A stretch of 63,659 nucleotides of DNA, the filler included. It is 9 parts of 9 records of this genome, joined end to end, with 100 filler letters (N's around TTAATTAATTAA, not from the genome) between each part and the next. Parts side by side here need not be neighbours in the genome. Positions count along the whole stretch, not along the records: positions 58,285 to 63,659 come from SRR31156797_76357; 8 more parts are not named here. One strand, written 5' to 3'. Numbering within the stretch: position 1 is the first letter of the stretch; each line of letters begins with the position of its first letter. Below the pieces are notes generated by a model. It was given only the letters and a program-made list of their open reading frames with translations. It was not told the DNA's origin and did not search any database. The translations under genes and the position numbers were made by a program. Below are positions 62,447 to 63,659 of this stretch, piece by piece.

Positions 62447-63659
62447 CTACTTCGGAAACAATTTCATACTAAACTTTGCCTTCGATTCAATCTGTTCTTT
62501 TGAAAACAGATCGGGATGATATTTATTGTTAAGATACATATCTGTCTGATCCAGGTAAAAATCGCTTGCAGGAATTCCACTTGTTCCGGTTGGAATAACT
62601 GTCTCAGATTTATCCCAGTCGGCAATGGAATAAATGTGTCGGTGAGATGCCCCGTGAAACGTTTTGTAAAGATTGGTAAAAGAGTATGAATAAGGACAAA
62701 CGGTATGATAACTTCCCGGCATTTCAAAAGGCCCCTTATTTAGCTCAAGGGCTTTATTCAGCGTAGAAACAACTCCCAATGGATGTTTTATGGTAAAAGT
62801 ATGTATTCGCCCCCATTTCCATTGTTCAACCTCTTCTCCAAAATAAGCGGTTAAATCTTCAACAGTCTCCTTAAATGACAATGCCACAATATCATCAAAA
62901 GTCTCCTCTTTATCAGTCATCATATTATCAATCCATACTGATTTTCCTTCCGACAGAAAATTTAGCATAAGGTTTTCCAGCAACATTTTTTGACCTCTAA
63001 TTCCCTTATACAACTCGGGAGAAAGTTCGTCCTTTACCAGATTTTCCATCGATTTTCGATAGAGTATTTCAAATACGGAGGCTGCCTGACTTTCGCGGGT
63101 TAAATTATAGTCCCATCCTTTTAATTTCTCAAAAGCATCAATCTCTGTATCGTTCCAATTTTTCTGTTTTTGTAAAGAAGCCACAAAAACTTTTGTCATT
63201 TTTTCGGCAGTTTTCGATTTCCAATCAGCATGCATTGTTTTAAAATCATCTATTCCCAATTTTTCCTTTTCTTCCAGCATTTCTCTAATCCGGTTAATCC
63301 GGCTTGGTGTGGCAAACCAGTAGCTGATATAATAAGGATAATCGTTTGATACCGTTTTATTATTTGCCGATGAAACATACCCTCTGTCTGGATTAAATTC
63401 AAAAGGCAGCTCCTCAAAAGGTACCAGGCCTTGCCAATCGTATATGCTGCTATCGCCCGGATATACCTGAATTCCGGAACCAATACGGATTGGTAACCCG
63501 GCACTGCATTGCAAGCCAATATTCCCTTCCACATCGGCATAAACAATATTCTGGCTCACCGATTTAAAAGTACTTACTGCGGCTCTGAAATCGTCCCAGT
63601 TTTGGGCACGGTTAAGTAAAAATACCGTACGAATTTCGTTGCTCATTTCGTTGCCCAGC
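62447..63659 (-). CDS. Penicillin acylase family Ntn hydrolase, 5'-truncated
   Basis: QNIVYADVEGNIG, SANNK, WKWGRIH, GASHR, GTSG...YLDQ. Confidence 0.9.
   Translation of the reverse strand, partial: LGNEMSNEIRTVFLLNRAQNWDDFRAAVSTFKSVSQNIVYADVEGNIGLQCSAGLPIRIGSGIQVYPGDSSIYDWQGLVPFEELPFEFNPDRGYVSSANNKTVSNDYPYYISYWFATPSRINRIREMLEEKEKLGIDDFKTMHADWKSKTAEKMTKVFVASLQKQKNWNDTEIDAFEKLKGWDYNLTRESQAASVFEILYRKSMENLVKDELSPELYKGIRGQKMLLENLMLNFLSEGKSVWIDNMMTDKEETFDDIVALSFKETVEDLTAYFGEEVEQWKWGRIHTFTIKHPLGVVSTLNKALELNKGPFEMPGSYHTVCPYSYSFTNLYKTFHGASHRHIYSIADWDKSETVIPTGTSGIPASDFYLDQTDMYLNNKYHPDLFSKEQIESKAKFSMKLFPK

Overview
This window is not one locus. It is nine unrelated contig fragments joined by eight identical 100-nt artificial spacers (N44-TTAATTAATTAA-N44, stops in all six frames), so gene-neighbourhood inferences hold only within a fragment. 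Taxonomic calls are inferred from gene content and base composition. (1) 1-6143, Desulfobacterota-like: PagL-like barrel, cobT under a cobalamin riboswitch, old yellow enzyme, lipoprotein, radical SAM. (2) 6244-16362, Vibrio: polar flagellar cluster flrA-flrB-flrC-fliE-F-G-H-I-J-K with three sigma-54 promoters. (3) 16463-21923, Rhizobiales-like: RpiR-regulated ABC transporter plus amidohydrolase, ending in an IS6 element. (4) 22024-31778, Desulfobacteraceae-like: GAF, GNAT, orphan ablB, MocR, EamA, SSS, TrmB/AzlCD, MFS. (5) 31879-39383, AT-rich Campylobacterota: rpmH-rnpA-yidD-yidC-jag-mnmE, an arginyltransferase-family gene and a CxxCH GGDEF-EAL sensor. (6) 39484-45221, anaerobe (possibly Spirochaetota): ECF sigma, small membrane protein and mini-MotA, rubredoxin-GltB, rubrerythrin, methionine gamma-lyase, Lrp. 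(7) 45322-50687, Alphaproteobacterium: sucA, mdh, SAF oxidoreductase, desaturase, GNAT. (8) 50788-58184, Desulfobacteraceae-like: comEC, murA, mtgA, yheU, large NERD-like nuclease protein, MCP tail. (9) 58285-63659, Bacteroidota: asnS, Spy/CpxP pair, anti-sigma/ECF, PPDK regulator, penicillin acylase. I found no CRISPR array, tRNA or rRNA. Best leads: an ECF-linked mini-MotA with no MotB beside it; an rnpA with no usable canonical start codon (likely ATT, inside rpmH); a stand-alone ~700-aa NERD-like protein with ExR in place of ExK; a divergent cobalamin riboswitch on cobT; and an IS6-adjacent amidohydrolase catabolic module. None is confirmed novel without database searches.
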